The notes beneath the pieces were generated by a model that saw only the letters and a list, made by a program, of their open reading frames with translations, had not been told where the DNA came from and did not search any database. A stretch of DNA of 64,000 nt from Pachysolen tannophilus NRRL Y-2460 (lineage: Eukaryota), in contig KV454015.1 in assembly GCA_001661245.1 (NCBI GenBank), positions 124,001 through 188,000 on the forward strand, given 5' to 3'. The position numbers and the translations under genes are program-made. Each line of letters opens with the position of its first letter. Positions within the stretch are counted from its first letter, which is position 1. Of the stretch, positions 44,073 to 54,221 are shown in pieces.

Positions 44073-45904
44073 ATGAAGTTTATTAACTCAATAAAGTTGT
44101 TGGCCTTGTTTGCTGGCGGTGAAATTGCGCAATGTGCAATTTCAAATGGTAATATTGGGATTGGGCATCAAGCTTCAATTCAAGACTCACAATTTGGATT
44201 GACGAATTCCTTAAACCCTGTACTTAAAGCACCAAATGCTTATTCACATATTGCACCTATTGAAGTGTATGGTAACAAGTTTTTTTTTCGAATAATGGTT
44301 CTCAATTTTTTTTGAAAGGTATTGCCTATCAACCAGATTTTAATCATTATCATCATCTGGGGAAAGCTGAAGATAAAAAAGGTTATATTGATCCTTTGGC
44401 ATACTCAGAAATATGTTCCAGAGACATTGAGTATTTAAAAGAATTGAATGTTAATGTCATTAGAGTCTATGCGATTGATCCACAGGCAAATCATGATTAT
44501 TGTATGAATCTATTAGCTAAAAACAATATTTATCTCATTGCTGATTTATCTGAGCCAAAACTGTCTGTAGATAGAAAAGAACCTACTTGGGATGGTGATC
44601 TTTATGATCGTTATAAAAATGTTGTTGATGCACTTGAGAAATATAATAATGTTTTAGGTTTTTTTGCTGGAAATGAAGTTGTTAATGATAGAACAACAAC
44701 ATCTGCTGCTCCTTTTGTTCGTGCTTCTATTAGAGATGTTAAAAAACATATTGTCAAGAAAAAATATCGAAATATTCCAATTGGATACTCTACCAATGAT
44801 GATTCTCAAATTAGAGATTTTTTATCTAATTATTTTATTTGTGGTGATGACAATACTAGTAAAGCTGATTTTTATGGTATTAACAATTATGAATGGTGTG
44901 GTCACTCAACTTTTAGGACTTCTGGATATAGTGAAAGAGTCCTGGATTTTAAAAATTTTCCAATTCCTGTTTTCTTTTCTGAATTTGGTTGTAACACTGT
45001 GAGACCAAGACCATTTACTGAAGTTGATGCATTGTTTAGTCCCTTGATGTCAGATGCATTTTCCGGTGGAATTATGTATATGTATTTTGAAGAACAAAAT
45101 CAATTTGGTGTTGTTGAAATTGTTGATTCTAAAAACTTATCCAGTCCTGTTAAGAAATTGGAAGATTTCAAATTCTTGCAATATGAATACGGTAAAGTAA
45201 ACATTAAAGGTGTACATAGAGAAGATTATAAACCAAGTCTGACTGGTAATGTAAGTTGCAAAGAACAAACAGAAAATTGGAAAGCATCTACAGTTTTACC
45301 AAATACACCAGATCAATTTAAGTGTGACTGTTTATTGAGTGCCTTATCATGCACAAAAGCACCAATTCTGACTATAACTTTAGAAGAAAGAAAAGATCTA
45401 TATGGGAAAATATGCAGTGCAAATGAATCAGAAACATTACCATGTGCAAAGATTAGTGGAAATGGTACTACAGGTAAATATGGTATCTTTTCAGGATGTC
45501 GTCAAAGCCAACGTTTATCCTTTGCTTTGAATGAATATTTTATGAGAAACAATCAAGGAATGACTTATTGTGATTTTGAAAATAAGGCGATTATCGTCAA
45601 TAGCAGAAATTCAATCGAAGATTTGAAGGCAATTAATGAGCCAAATAGCAGTATAAGAAGAACTTGTTTTGATGCAATTGGTGAAGAATATATCAGTGCC
45701 ATATATGGGGAATTTAAAGCCAATGAAAAGACAGATGAGACAGAATCAATTTCTCCAAGTACTGAAACAGCTATAATGAGATCCGGAGCAACTAGAATTA
45801 CAGTTGCTCGTTCTAAAAAAATTAGTGATGGTATCATAAACAGCATTGCAACGATAATGGTTGTAGCATTTGCAGTATTAGCTTTTACAAGTATTTTCAA
45901 ATAG
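44073..45904 (+). CDS. GAS2: GH72+ beta-1,3-glucanosyltransferase (Gas2-like), split by a 1-nt frameshift at the T-run 44280-44288
   Basis: Signal peptide and IEVYGNKFF in one frame; [15 protein letters not shown]...GFFAGNEV...FFSEFGCN, Cys-box and GPI-like tail in another. Directly downstream of FKS1, like S. cerevisiae GAS2. Confidence 0.85.
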
Positions 45905-46048
45905 AATTTGACATGAATATAAAATAAATTTTTCTTTTTTCTTTTGTTGTTTTACTCTTTTCTTCTGTAAAATATACAAGACATACAAAACAAAGTAAAT
46001 TAAAAGAGAACAATATATATATATATATAATTAATTTGATTCCATAAA

Positions 46049-46882
46049 TCAATCTTTCTTTGGACCCCATTTAACTCCTAAAAACCCTGTATTTGGATCT
46101 TTAATTCTGAATCTTTTTTCTGGAACTTTTGGTCCAACTACAAAATGTCTGTCTTCACCTGGGACATCCAATGCAATATAAGAGAATTCTTGCTTAAAAT
46201 AGCTGTCGTCAATAGCTTCTAGTTGAACAACACCATGTTTTGTTTTGCTTTCAACATGAAATCTCATCAAGACATGTTCCTTGCCATCTAATCCTACTCT
46301 TCTAACAGAAGAAATTGGTCTATTTCTTGTCCATTTGTCGGACCCTGTTTCTCCGTAAGCCTTCAATCTTGTTCCTTCTTCTACTCGCAATAATTTCAGA
46401 GCAACTGGATCATCTTCCACCAATTTGACTGCTCTATTAAAAGTTTGGGTATCACCAGAAGGGAAAGCTATTTCCGCAATGACCAAATAGATGACAATGC
46501 ATGCAAGTCCTGCTGCACCTAGCACAAGAATCGATGAGGCAGAAAATGTAATTGCTCTTGATAATCTATTGAAAAATGAGCTTTTAGTTTGCGAACTTTT
46601 TTGACTTTGGGAAGACGAAGATTTAGTCGAATTAAATCTCATACCAACATTCATAAACCTAATTCCATAAACGTTATTAGCATTCAAATTTTTTCTCAAT
46701 AGTATGAGAGTTTTTGCCAGTTCCTTTTGTGACAGATGTGTTCTGAAAACATTATGATACAGTCTAATACCTAAAAAAGACCTCATCGCTGGTTGAAAAT
46801 TGTGAAAAGTTGAATTTTTCAATTGGAATGAACTAAAAGGTCCATGGAAATTCCCAATTATTTTTGGCAAATTCTTCATCAT
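46049..46882 (-). CDS. TIM21: Mitochondrial import subunit Tim21
   Basis: Presequence, single TM, FPSGDTQTFNRAV, LKAYGE, WTRNRPI, MRFHVES, GFLGVKWGPKKD. Confidence 0.96.
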   Translation of the reverse strand: MMKNLPKIIGNFHGPFSSFQLKNSTFHNFQPAMRSFLGIRLYHNVFRTHLSQKELAKTLILLRKNLNANNVYGIRFMNVGMRFNSTKSSSSQSQKSSQTKSSFFNRLSRAITFSASSILVLGAAGLACIVIYLVIAEIAFPSGDTQTFNRAVKLVEDDPVALKLLRVEEGTRLKAYGETGSDKWTRNRPISSVRRVGLDGKEHVLMRFHVESKTKHGVVQLEAIDDSYFKQEFSYIALDVPGEDRHFVVGPKVPEKRFRIKDPNTGFLGVKWGPKKD

Positions 46883-47507
46883 TCTCCTTAAATACTCTCT
46901 TGAAATTATAGAATTACTCTTAAAATATCACCTACTCCCACTTTCACCGATTTGCAAGAATTATTGGCCAATCAACTAGTTAAATGAAAAATGGTGAACT
47001 CTGAATCCATCGTCCTTCAGTGGGTTTTTGGGGTTACCGTAATTGGTATTGCACGAACGACTGTTTTTTCTAATTATTTGTTTGCAATTTGAACCGTCAA
47101 CAAGTCATCAAATCACATCGCATTTTTGTCAGGCAATTGCAATTGTCTGTGGATCCGTTGGTTTTAAAAGTTCCCAGCTGACAATTGGTAATATAAAATT
47201 GCATATTGAGACGTTGAATTAGAAGTTAGAAGTCAAAAAGTCATGATTCGAATTTTCCTAAAAAAAAACTGTCAAATAACCCTGGTGTATATGGGTCAAA
47301 ATGCAAAGTTTTGGAAATTTTTCAGTTTAATTACACAAAATCTTTTTTCCCTAGATTCTAACTTCTTTTATTACCAATATAAACTTATATTGTGAATTAG
47401 GAATTACAGTTGACATGAGACTATAAATCATGATAATTTGATAATTTAAACAATTTTATTTTCTATTCAGCTGTTAAAGCAACGGCAATAAAAAGTTGTG
47501 TTTTTAA

Positions 47508-47580
47508 GCCCTTGTAGCGTAATGGTTAGCGCGTTGCTTTCCGGAGGCAAAGATTGCGGGTTCGAGTCCCGCCTCGGGTT
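47508..47580 (+). tRNA. tRNA-Arg(CCG)
   Basis: D arm GCGT-AATGGTTA-GCGC, anticodon arm TTGCT-TTCCGGA-GGCAA, T arm GCGGG-TTCGAGT-CCCGC. Acceptor GCCCTTG/CTCGGGT has two mismatches. T-run terminator about 14 nt downstream. Confidence 0.9.
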
Positions 47581-47659
47581 GAAATAAAATTAATTTTTTT
47601 ATTTTTTTGTATAAAGATATATATATATATATATATTGTACGGTGATGAGTTCACCCAA

Positions 47660-48232
47660 CTAATCGTAAGCTGCAAATTCGTACATGTACATGGTCAACA
47701 TTTCAGGAGTGATCTCGTAAAGGGTGTTGTCAATATCATCCTCATGATTATTATTATTGTCATCATCATCGTGGTTGTTGGAGGTATGGTCAATTTCGGT
47801 ATCTTCTTGATCGCTGATTTCGTAAAAATCTTTTTCTAAATTCTGAATTTTGTGATTGGAAATTTCGTTCTCAAGTTGAATATATTCATTTATTTTTGCT
47901 TCATCTTCAAGCAATGTAGGTTTTTCAAATGTAGATAAATAAGTCAATAAAACGTGTTCATAGTTTCTAGATTCCATTGTATCAATTTTATTTAAAGTAC
48001 TAGATTCCAATTCAAATAATTTCAAGGCTAATTGATTTTCTAATAATGATTCTTCTTCGTTGACAAAAAAATTGCTCGTGCATGGGTATTTTCCATTAGC
48101 AACTATATCCACATCATCTTTCAAAATTTGGTTTCTTGGTCTTTTCAAAGAAGATATATGTACTGGTTTCGATCTTTGTATATTAGTCTCTTCTTCTTTT
48201 TCAAGTATTACATTCTGTGTTCCATCAGAAAC

Positions 48233-48268
<36 letters not shown>

Positions 48269-49435
48269 ATCATCATCATTATCATCATTATCATCATTAT
48301 CATTATCACTTTCTTGAAATTTAAAAACAAAATCTTCAGGATCAAAATTCTTGTTGTTTTTCAATGATTTACTCTTTTTCGCCAATTTATCGTTATTAAC
48401 TAAATTTTCCTTCTCAGTAACAATTATTAAATCTAATCTCTTGGGCAATTGTTTAAAATAATCACTGATTTTTGATGGTCTTTTAAGATTTAATTTATCA
48501 ACAGCTCTATAAATATCCGTTTGATTAACACTTAGTGGTAATTTTAATTCTCCAGTCTTTGGGTCTATCTTGGGCTTATAAGTTAAATGGTTTAAAGAAC
48601 TTCGGTACATTGCTATATTTTGTATTTTGAATTGAACTATATTCGCCAATAACTCTTTGGTAAGATTGATAAGAATATCTTGTAAGAATTCTGCACTTGA
48701 TTTAGACAATTTAGGTATAAGTCTATTACTTGTAATTGGAATCACATTATTCACAGAATAAAATTTTTCAATTAATTCTTTTGAATTCTCATAATTTAAT
48801 AAAGAATCTTCATCTTGTTCAATTTTATTCTTTTGAATATAATCACTATCTCTAATTTTTTCTACTGCAGTTATCATTGAACTTTGTTCCTCTTCCATTC
48901 TAATAAAGCTTTCAGACATTTCATACGCTATAGGAAAATCACTTATTTGTACCAACCTTTTAAATGTTTTTCTCCTCCTTTTCAATAATTTCAAATCTTG
49001 TTTCAACAATTCATAATAATTTATAAGCTCAACATGAGATTTCCCAGGTAAAAATTCTTGAATTAAATCAATATTATGAATACTATAACGACCTAAACAT
49101 TTGAAAAAAATATCTTTCTCTTTTGATGACCAATAAGTACCAGAAAAATTATCATCTTGATTTCCCTCGCTACTTAATATCAGACCATCACCAGAAACAT
49201 TTATATAACTTCCCTTCAATCTTGAGTCATAATCACTGCAAGTAAAATTTGCATCATTCAAAATTGAAAACTCTTTAACTTCTTTATTGTAAAATGTGAC
49301 ATAATTCTTATTTCCTTTAAAACTCCTACGAGACTGTCTCTCCAGTTCAAAAGAACAATTATCATTAGCTATCCGAGAATCATCTAGCTTAATCTTCTTA
49401 AGTTTCCGATCTTCTTGATCACTATCTTGGATCAT
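47660..49435 (-). CDS. RRN5: RNA polymerase I upstream activation factor subunit Rrn5
   Basis: SANT-like WSSKEKDIFFKCLGRYSIH...KS..E...YY.LL and PIAYEMS; next to an SLS1-like gene. Confidence 0.85.
48234..48309. repeat. (ATT)n/(ATC)n trinucleotide tract encoding poly-N/D in Rrn5
   Basis: Direct reading. Confidence 0.9.
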
Positions 49436-49539
49436 AACAATATAAAGAACTAACTAAATATAACAAAATATTACTTTACAAAAAAAGTTTTCTTTTTTTT
49501 GTTTTTGTTTTCATTTACAATATTTTACAACAATTAAAT

Positions 49540-49547
49540 CTCATCGC
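49540..49547 (-). promoter_or_regulatory. PAC element GCGATGAG upstream of RRN5
   Basis: Plus-strand CTCATCGC about 105 bp upstream of the RRN5 ATG, with an RRPE-like A/T tract near 49480-49492; fits a ribosome-biogenesis gene. Confidence 0.65.
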
Positions 49548-49650
49548 TCGTAATATACAACGATAATTTGCTATTATAAACTATATACAAAAATGTGAAC
49601 TTTTATTCTTTTAAGGTTAAACTATCTATTTTAGAGAAGGTCATGGTGGG

Positions 49651-52140
49651 TTAGAACTGATCTACCATATCAAGTGAATCGTCAATGAATTTATCGAATT
49701 TTTCCCTAGTCATTTCATCGTTATTATAATTACCAATTAAATTGGCCTCTAATTTTCTTCCTGAGTACTCTCCTCCGTCGATAATGGAAAATTGTAATAA
49801 TTGGTTATTGAATTTAACTTCAAGTTGTCTTCTGAAAAGATGTTCAACTAATAAATATGAAACTTTTTCGTCACCTATACTGATATTAACTTTTGAAGGG
49901 AAATCATGGATTCCCACACTTCCACGATCTTTGACTAATGCATTTTTTAAGAAATCTTTTATACCTGGTTGATCGCTTAACCAATCTTCATTATTGTTGA
50001 AATTTGTCTCAAATTCTCCTAATATCAGGGAACTTATGTTCAAATCCGAATTTCTAGATGGTAACGATAAATACAAAGATTTTTCCAGCTCTGTAGTGAG
50101 AATTCTTAAAGATTGAAAATTTGGTCTATATTTATTATCAGTTTCAAACCAAAATTCGATATTAGGAAATTTTTGTAAGTTTGCAACATTATCATAAATG
50201 TTTGGAATAAGTTTAATTTGGTGGAAATAAGAATATTGGTCGTTTAAGAAAAATTCTCTAGTACCAGCAACTATTTCATCATTTGTTACTGGGTTAAATA
50301 AGGGCAATTTCTCGATAAATTTTTTCATAAATGGCAAATGGTTATTGAAATAATGATTACCGCTATTATCGAGTAGCAATTGTCCATAAGTTGTAGTGAA
50401 CATTGGAACACTGTATTTGTCCTTGGCCATCTTTGAGAAATTCGGTTGGATTTTTATTAATCTATCGAATAATGAATCTTTATCTATTTGAAATTGATCA
50501 ATTGATGAAATCGAAGTAGTTGAAATATTATCTTTCTTCCCATCCTTAGATATTGATGTTGTTGTTAATGGCTTCTGTTGATCTGTTTCAAGAGTTTCTT
50601 TCTCAGTAGAAGCAGAGTGGTGGAAATCATTTAATCCAATACTACTGTTGGATTCAAAGTTATCATTAGTAGTTGAGTCACCATAGACAACATCCTCAAT
50701 ATCCTGAGATTGTTCTAATTTTAAATTTTCCTTCATCAACTCTGTAATATCTGCTTCAATATTTTCATAATCAATATCATGTTCAAATATCTCTTGGTAA
50801 CTCAATTCTTTAACTTTTGAAACTGGATTTTTATATCTGAACCATTCTTTATTCTTATATATCCAAGGAAGTGATAATTCTGCTACTACTTTGAATTTCA
50901 TCAATTCAGTATTTTGATAATTATTTTCTTCCAAGCCATTGATTAAAATTTCTCTTGAAGAAAATTCATGACTATCCAACGACAAGGCAATTAATCTTTT
51001 AACCAAAGAGATTCTATCATTTCCTAAAGCACTTAAAACATAAGTTTCATTATCATTTTGTGATTTACCGAAATAAACATTACTTATAGTTTGTAAATCA
51101 TGGAATGGAATTTCTTTCATTGATTTTTGGAATATTTTAGTAATTTCTGTAAGATCTAAAGTTGAACTTTTAATCTTTGTAGTTAAAATTTTGTTTAAAC
51201 TTAATTGAATATAACGTAAAGTTGGACGAGGTGCTCTAATGATCAATTTTTGTTCTGTTGTAGAAACAGCAATTTTGGCTCCAAGTCTTGACCAATGGAA
51301 AAGTAATATACCATTATCAGATAAAATTAAAAATAAATCTCTTGGAGTTAAAGATATAGTTTCTTCCATAATTAAATCTTCAGTTTCATTAATTTTATCA
51401 GATTTAATTAATTTCCAACAATTTAATAAAATTTCATCAATTAATTTAGATTTAACAAATTTTTTAACTTTATTTCTCTTATATCCATAATATTCTACTA
51501 AATAATCTTGTAATTGTGGGAGTGTATATGCATTTTTTAAATCATCACATAATTGATCAAATCTCTTTGGAGAAGTTTCTATTTGTAAAGGTTTCATGGT
51601 ATCAATACTTTTAATCAACTGTGTGTATGGAACTTTTGTCTTAAATACTAATAAAGTATCTTTATGTTTTGCAAAATCGTATAAATTAAGCATTGGTTTT
51701 TCAAAAGAATTTCCATTTGAGCCATGACTAGATTTCTTTCTTTTCCCTCCACGAGATTCAAATGGATTTAAAATAATAATTTCCGACCTCTTTGGTGGTT
51801 TCTTGGTCTTGGATACATCTTGTAAAACTAATGGTGGATCTTCAACATCAAATTTTAAATCTGAGTTTTTTAATACATCTTTATGCACATTTTTTTTTTC
51901 ACCAAATTTTTCATAGTTCATAGCAAGCTTGAAAACTTGATCTGAAAAAGAATTTTGACTTTTCTCCTTTCTATCATCTTGTTGGTCTCGACTGGTATTA
52001 TCATCATCATTATCCTTATTCACATTTTGTACTTTATTCGAAACATGCAAAAATCTTAAAGATACAGAAGGTGATGATACATTTTTGAAAACATACAAGC
52101 CAGACGCCGCAAGTCTATAGTTCACACTCACTTTCAACAT
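49651..52140 (-). CDS. SLS1: Mitochondrial inner-membrane translation/transcription coupling protein Sls1
   Basis: Presequence-like N-terminus; AYTLPQLQDYL...KSKLIDEILLNCW...RDLFLIL..NG pattern; adjacent to RRN5. Confidence 0.7.
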   Translation of the reverse strand: MLKVSVNYRLAASGLYVFKNVSSPSVSLRFLHVSNKVQNVNKDNDDDNTSRDQQDDRKEKSQNSFSDQVFKLAMNYEKFGEKKNVHKDVLKNSDLKFDVEDPPLVLQDVSKTKKPPKRSEIIILNPFESRGGKRKKSSHGSNGNSFEKPMLNLYDFAKHKDTLLVFKTKVPYTQLIKSIDTMKPLQIETSPKRFDQLCDDLKNAYTLPQLQDYLVEYYGYKRNKVKKFVKSKLIDEILLNCWKLIKSDKINETEDLIMEETISLTPRDLFLILSDNGILLFHWSRLGAKIAVSTTEQKLIIRAPRPTLRYIQLSLNKILTTKIKSSTLDLTEITKIFQKSMKEIPFHDLQTISNVYFGKSQNDNETYVLSALGNDRISLVKRLIALSLDSHEFSSREILINGLEENNYQNTELMKFKVVAELSLPWIYKNKEWFRYKNPVSKVKELSYQEIFEHDIDYENIEADITELMKENLKLEQSQDIEDVVYGDSTTNDNFESNSSIGLNDFHHSASTEKETLETDQQKPLTTTSISKDGKKDNISTTSISSIDQFQIDKDSLFDRLIKIQPNFSKMAKDKYSVPMFTTTYGQLLLDNSGNHYFNNHLPFMKKFIEKLPLFNPVTNDEIVAGTREFFLNDQYSYFHQIKLIPNIYDNVANLQKFPNIEFWFETDNKYRPNFQSLRILTTELEKSLYLSLPSRNSDLNISSLILGEFETNFNNNEDWLSDQPGIKDFLKNALVKDRGSVGIHDFPSKVNISIGDEKVSYLLVEHLFRRQLEVKFNNQLLQFSIIDGGEYSGRKLEANLIGNYNNDEMTREKFDKFIDDSLDMVDQF

Positions 52141-52226
52141 ATATATATATATATATATTTATACATATATTACCTCTATCGTTGAAACTAAAATGTTGAA
52201 ACTAAAAGTTTTCTACCACTTTAGAA

Positions 52227-52261
<35 letters not shown>

Positions 52262-52356
52262 TGAATAAATTCATATGATAAATAATTTTTCACTTTTTAG
52301 TTTGGTTAAGCTTCTTATTCCTCATCAGGGTTACCAAAAAGAAAAAAAAAAACGCA

Positions 52357-52487
52357 GTGGTGTATGTGGTGTGAGTGGTGTAGTGTGTGTTTATAAATGG
52401 TGTAGTGTGTACGTGGTGTAAATGGTGCAGGCTGTTTATGTGGTGGTGTAAGACCTCAAAAAAAAATTATTGAGGTGTAAGGTGTAA
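52357..52487 (+). repeat. TG-rich GGTGTA array (telomere/Rap1 half-site-like)
   Basis: GGTGTA at 52359, 52377, 52399, 52415, 52445, 52474, 52481, plus GGTGTG and GGTGCA variants. Confidence 0.85.
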
Positions 52488-52548
52488 GCTTATATACAAA
52501 GAGTTAGTGTGTTCTACGCAAAAAAACATAAAACAAAAAAAAAAAGTA

Positions 52549-52561
52549 TTAGGGTTTAGGG
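52549..52561 (+). promoter_or_regulatory. Tandem TTAGGG (Tbf1-type) sites in the RPL26 promoter
   Basis: TTAGGGTTTAGGG about 370 bp upstream of the RPL26 ATG. Confidence 0.55.
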
Positions 52562-52630
52562 TTTTTCTTCTGCCAATATTTCTATATCTGTATTTCACTT
52601 TTTTTTTTGCCCTTAAATTTGAAAAAATGA

Positions 52631-52648
52631 GTTACCCAATTAGGTAAC
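52631..52648. promoter_or_regulatory. Mcm1-type MADS-box palindrome
   Basis: GTTACC-CAATTA-GGTAAC matches the Mcm1 consensus TT(A/T)CCYAATTRGG(T/A)AA. Confidence 0.65.
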
Positions 52649-52928
52649 TTTAGTGTGACGGTGAAAAAAATTTAAATTTTTCTTTTTTTTTCTTTTATTT
52701 TATTTCCCTTTTTTTGTATGGGCAAAAACAGAGGTCGTGGACTCCAAAACAAAAAAAAAACCAAGTTTACACTACAGTAACAAATGGAGGAAAAAAAAAA
52801 CACACAAAAAAAAAAAAAGGTGAAAAAAAAAAAGAGTGAAAAGTTATTATTACTACTAAAAAGTTATTTTTCACTATAGTTTTATATAATTGTTTAAATT
52901 ACTAGATTATCAAAACAAATTTGCAAAA

Positions 52929-53723
52929 ATGGCCAAAATCAGTCAAGGTAAATATCGTTTATGTTATTTGGAAAAGTAGAAGAGAGAGAAGTGGTGATAA
53001 GTGGTTAGCAAATGGTGAGCAAACGAGGGATTATTGAAATCAAATAAAATTAAAGATTTCTTGCAAGATTTTTAACATTGATAATAATTATTGGAGAATA
53101 AATAATAAAGAGTATTTGTAAATACGATATTTTTAAAAGTTATTATTGTTGCTTTTGTTATGAGAAAAAAATGGAAAAAGCCAAATTTAATGTTGTGTGA
53201 TGATGGTTTCGTTCTTGTCCCTCGTTTCTCATGGCTTGTGAATTTTTGAGACCAAAAACATTTATTTGTTTCTTTCTCTCTCTCTCTCTTTTTTTATTCT
53301 TGTTTTTTCATCTGTACAGTACTAACAGTTTTTAAAAAAATTTTTTATTTGAATTTAGACGTTTCATCTTCAAGAAGCAAAGCTAGAAAAGCTTATTTCA
53401 ACGCTCCATCATCAGAACGTCGTGCTATCATGTCAGCACCTTTATCAAAAGAATTACGTGAACAATATAAAATCCGTTCTTTACCAATCAGAAAAGATGA
53501 TGAAATTTTGGTTACTAGAGGTTCAAAGAAAGGTTCTGAAGGTAAAATCACTTCAGTTTACAGATTAAAATATTCAATTCAAGTTGAAAAATTGACTAAG
53601 GAAAAATCAAATGGTGCTTCAGTTCCAATCAACATTCATCCTTCAAAAGTCGTCATCACCAAATTACATTTAGACAAAGATAGAAAGGCTTTGATTGAAA
53701 GAAAAGGTGGTGTTTCAGCTTAA
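52929..53723 (+). CDS. RPL26: 60S ribosomal protein L26 (uL24); join(52929..52947,53359..53723)
   Basis: Exon 1 MAKISQ+G spliced to AC GTT TCA gives [24 protein letters not shown]...; continues with SLPIRKDDE and [11 protein letters not shown]. Confidence 0.98.
52948..53358 (+). other. RPL26 intron (411 nt)
   Basis: GTAAAT donor, TACTAAC at 53320-53326, TTTAG acceptor. Confidence 0.93.
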
Positions 53724-54221
53724 ACAGCGTTCATTTTGTTGTCAAAGGTTGGGAGTGAAGTTTTTCTTTTTCTTTTTTTTTTTTTTTTTATACAATTGAA
53801 AAAAAAAAAGTTGGAGAATGTTGTATGTGTTTTTTTATAGCAATTAATAAAAACGGCTTATATTAAAAAAAAAAAAAAAAAAAAGGAAGATTAAAATAAT
53901 CTTGAAGTTAATATATAAATACTCATCATTGTAGATTTCATTTATTCATACAATTTAAAATTCATATCAACAATCTGTTAAGAGTTGATTTTGGTTCTTC
54001 TTTTAAATTTGAATAATTCATTGGTCGTGTAACTTTATCTTAACCATTTCTTTGGTATTAAAGATTATACCCCGTATTAAAGAAGTACATAATATATATA
54101 TATATATTTAAAATTATAATTTATGTTCTGTTTATAGTTATAGTATTCTTTGAATTAGGTTAATTTATCGGCAAGAGAATAGTATTTTAAAGTGTGAAGT
54201 TTGGTTTTTTTTGCGGGTTTT

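Noticed and set aside
53197..53250. GTGATGA box C-like motif in the RPL26 intron (intronic snoRNA?)
   Set aside because: No CTGA box D downstream within the intron; the segment is better explained by long-range pairing.
53349..53358. TTG/GTG starts in the ORF track (RPL26, GET4, NAF1, KAP95, EPO1 and others)
   Set aside because: This is a eukaryote; ATG starts or upstream exons explain each case.
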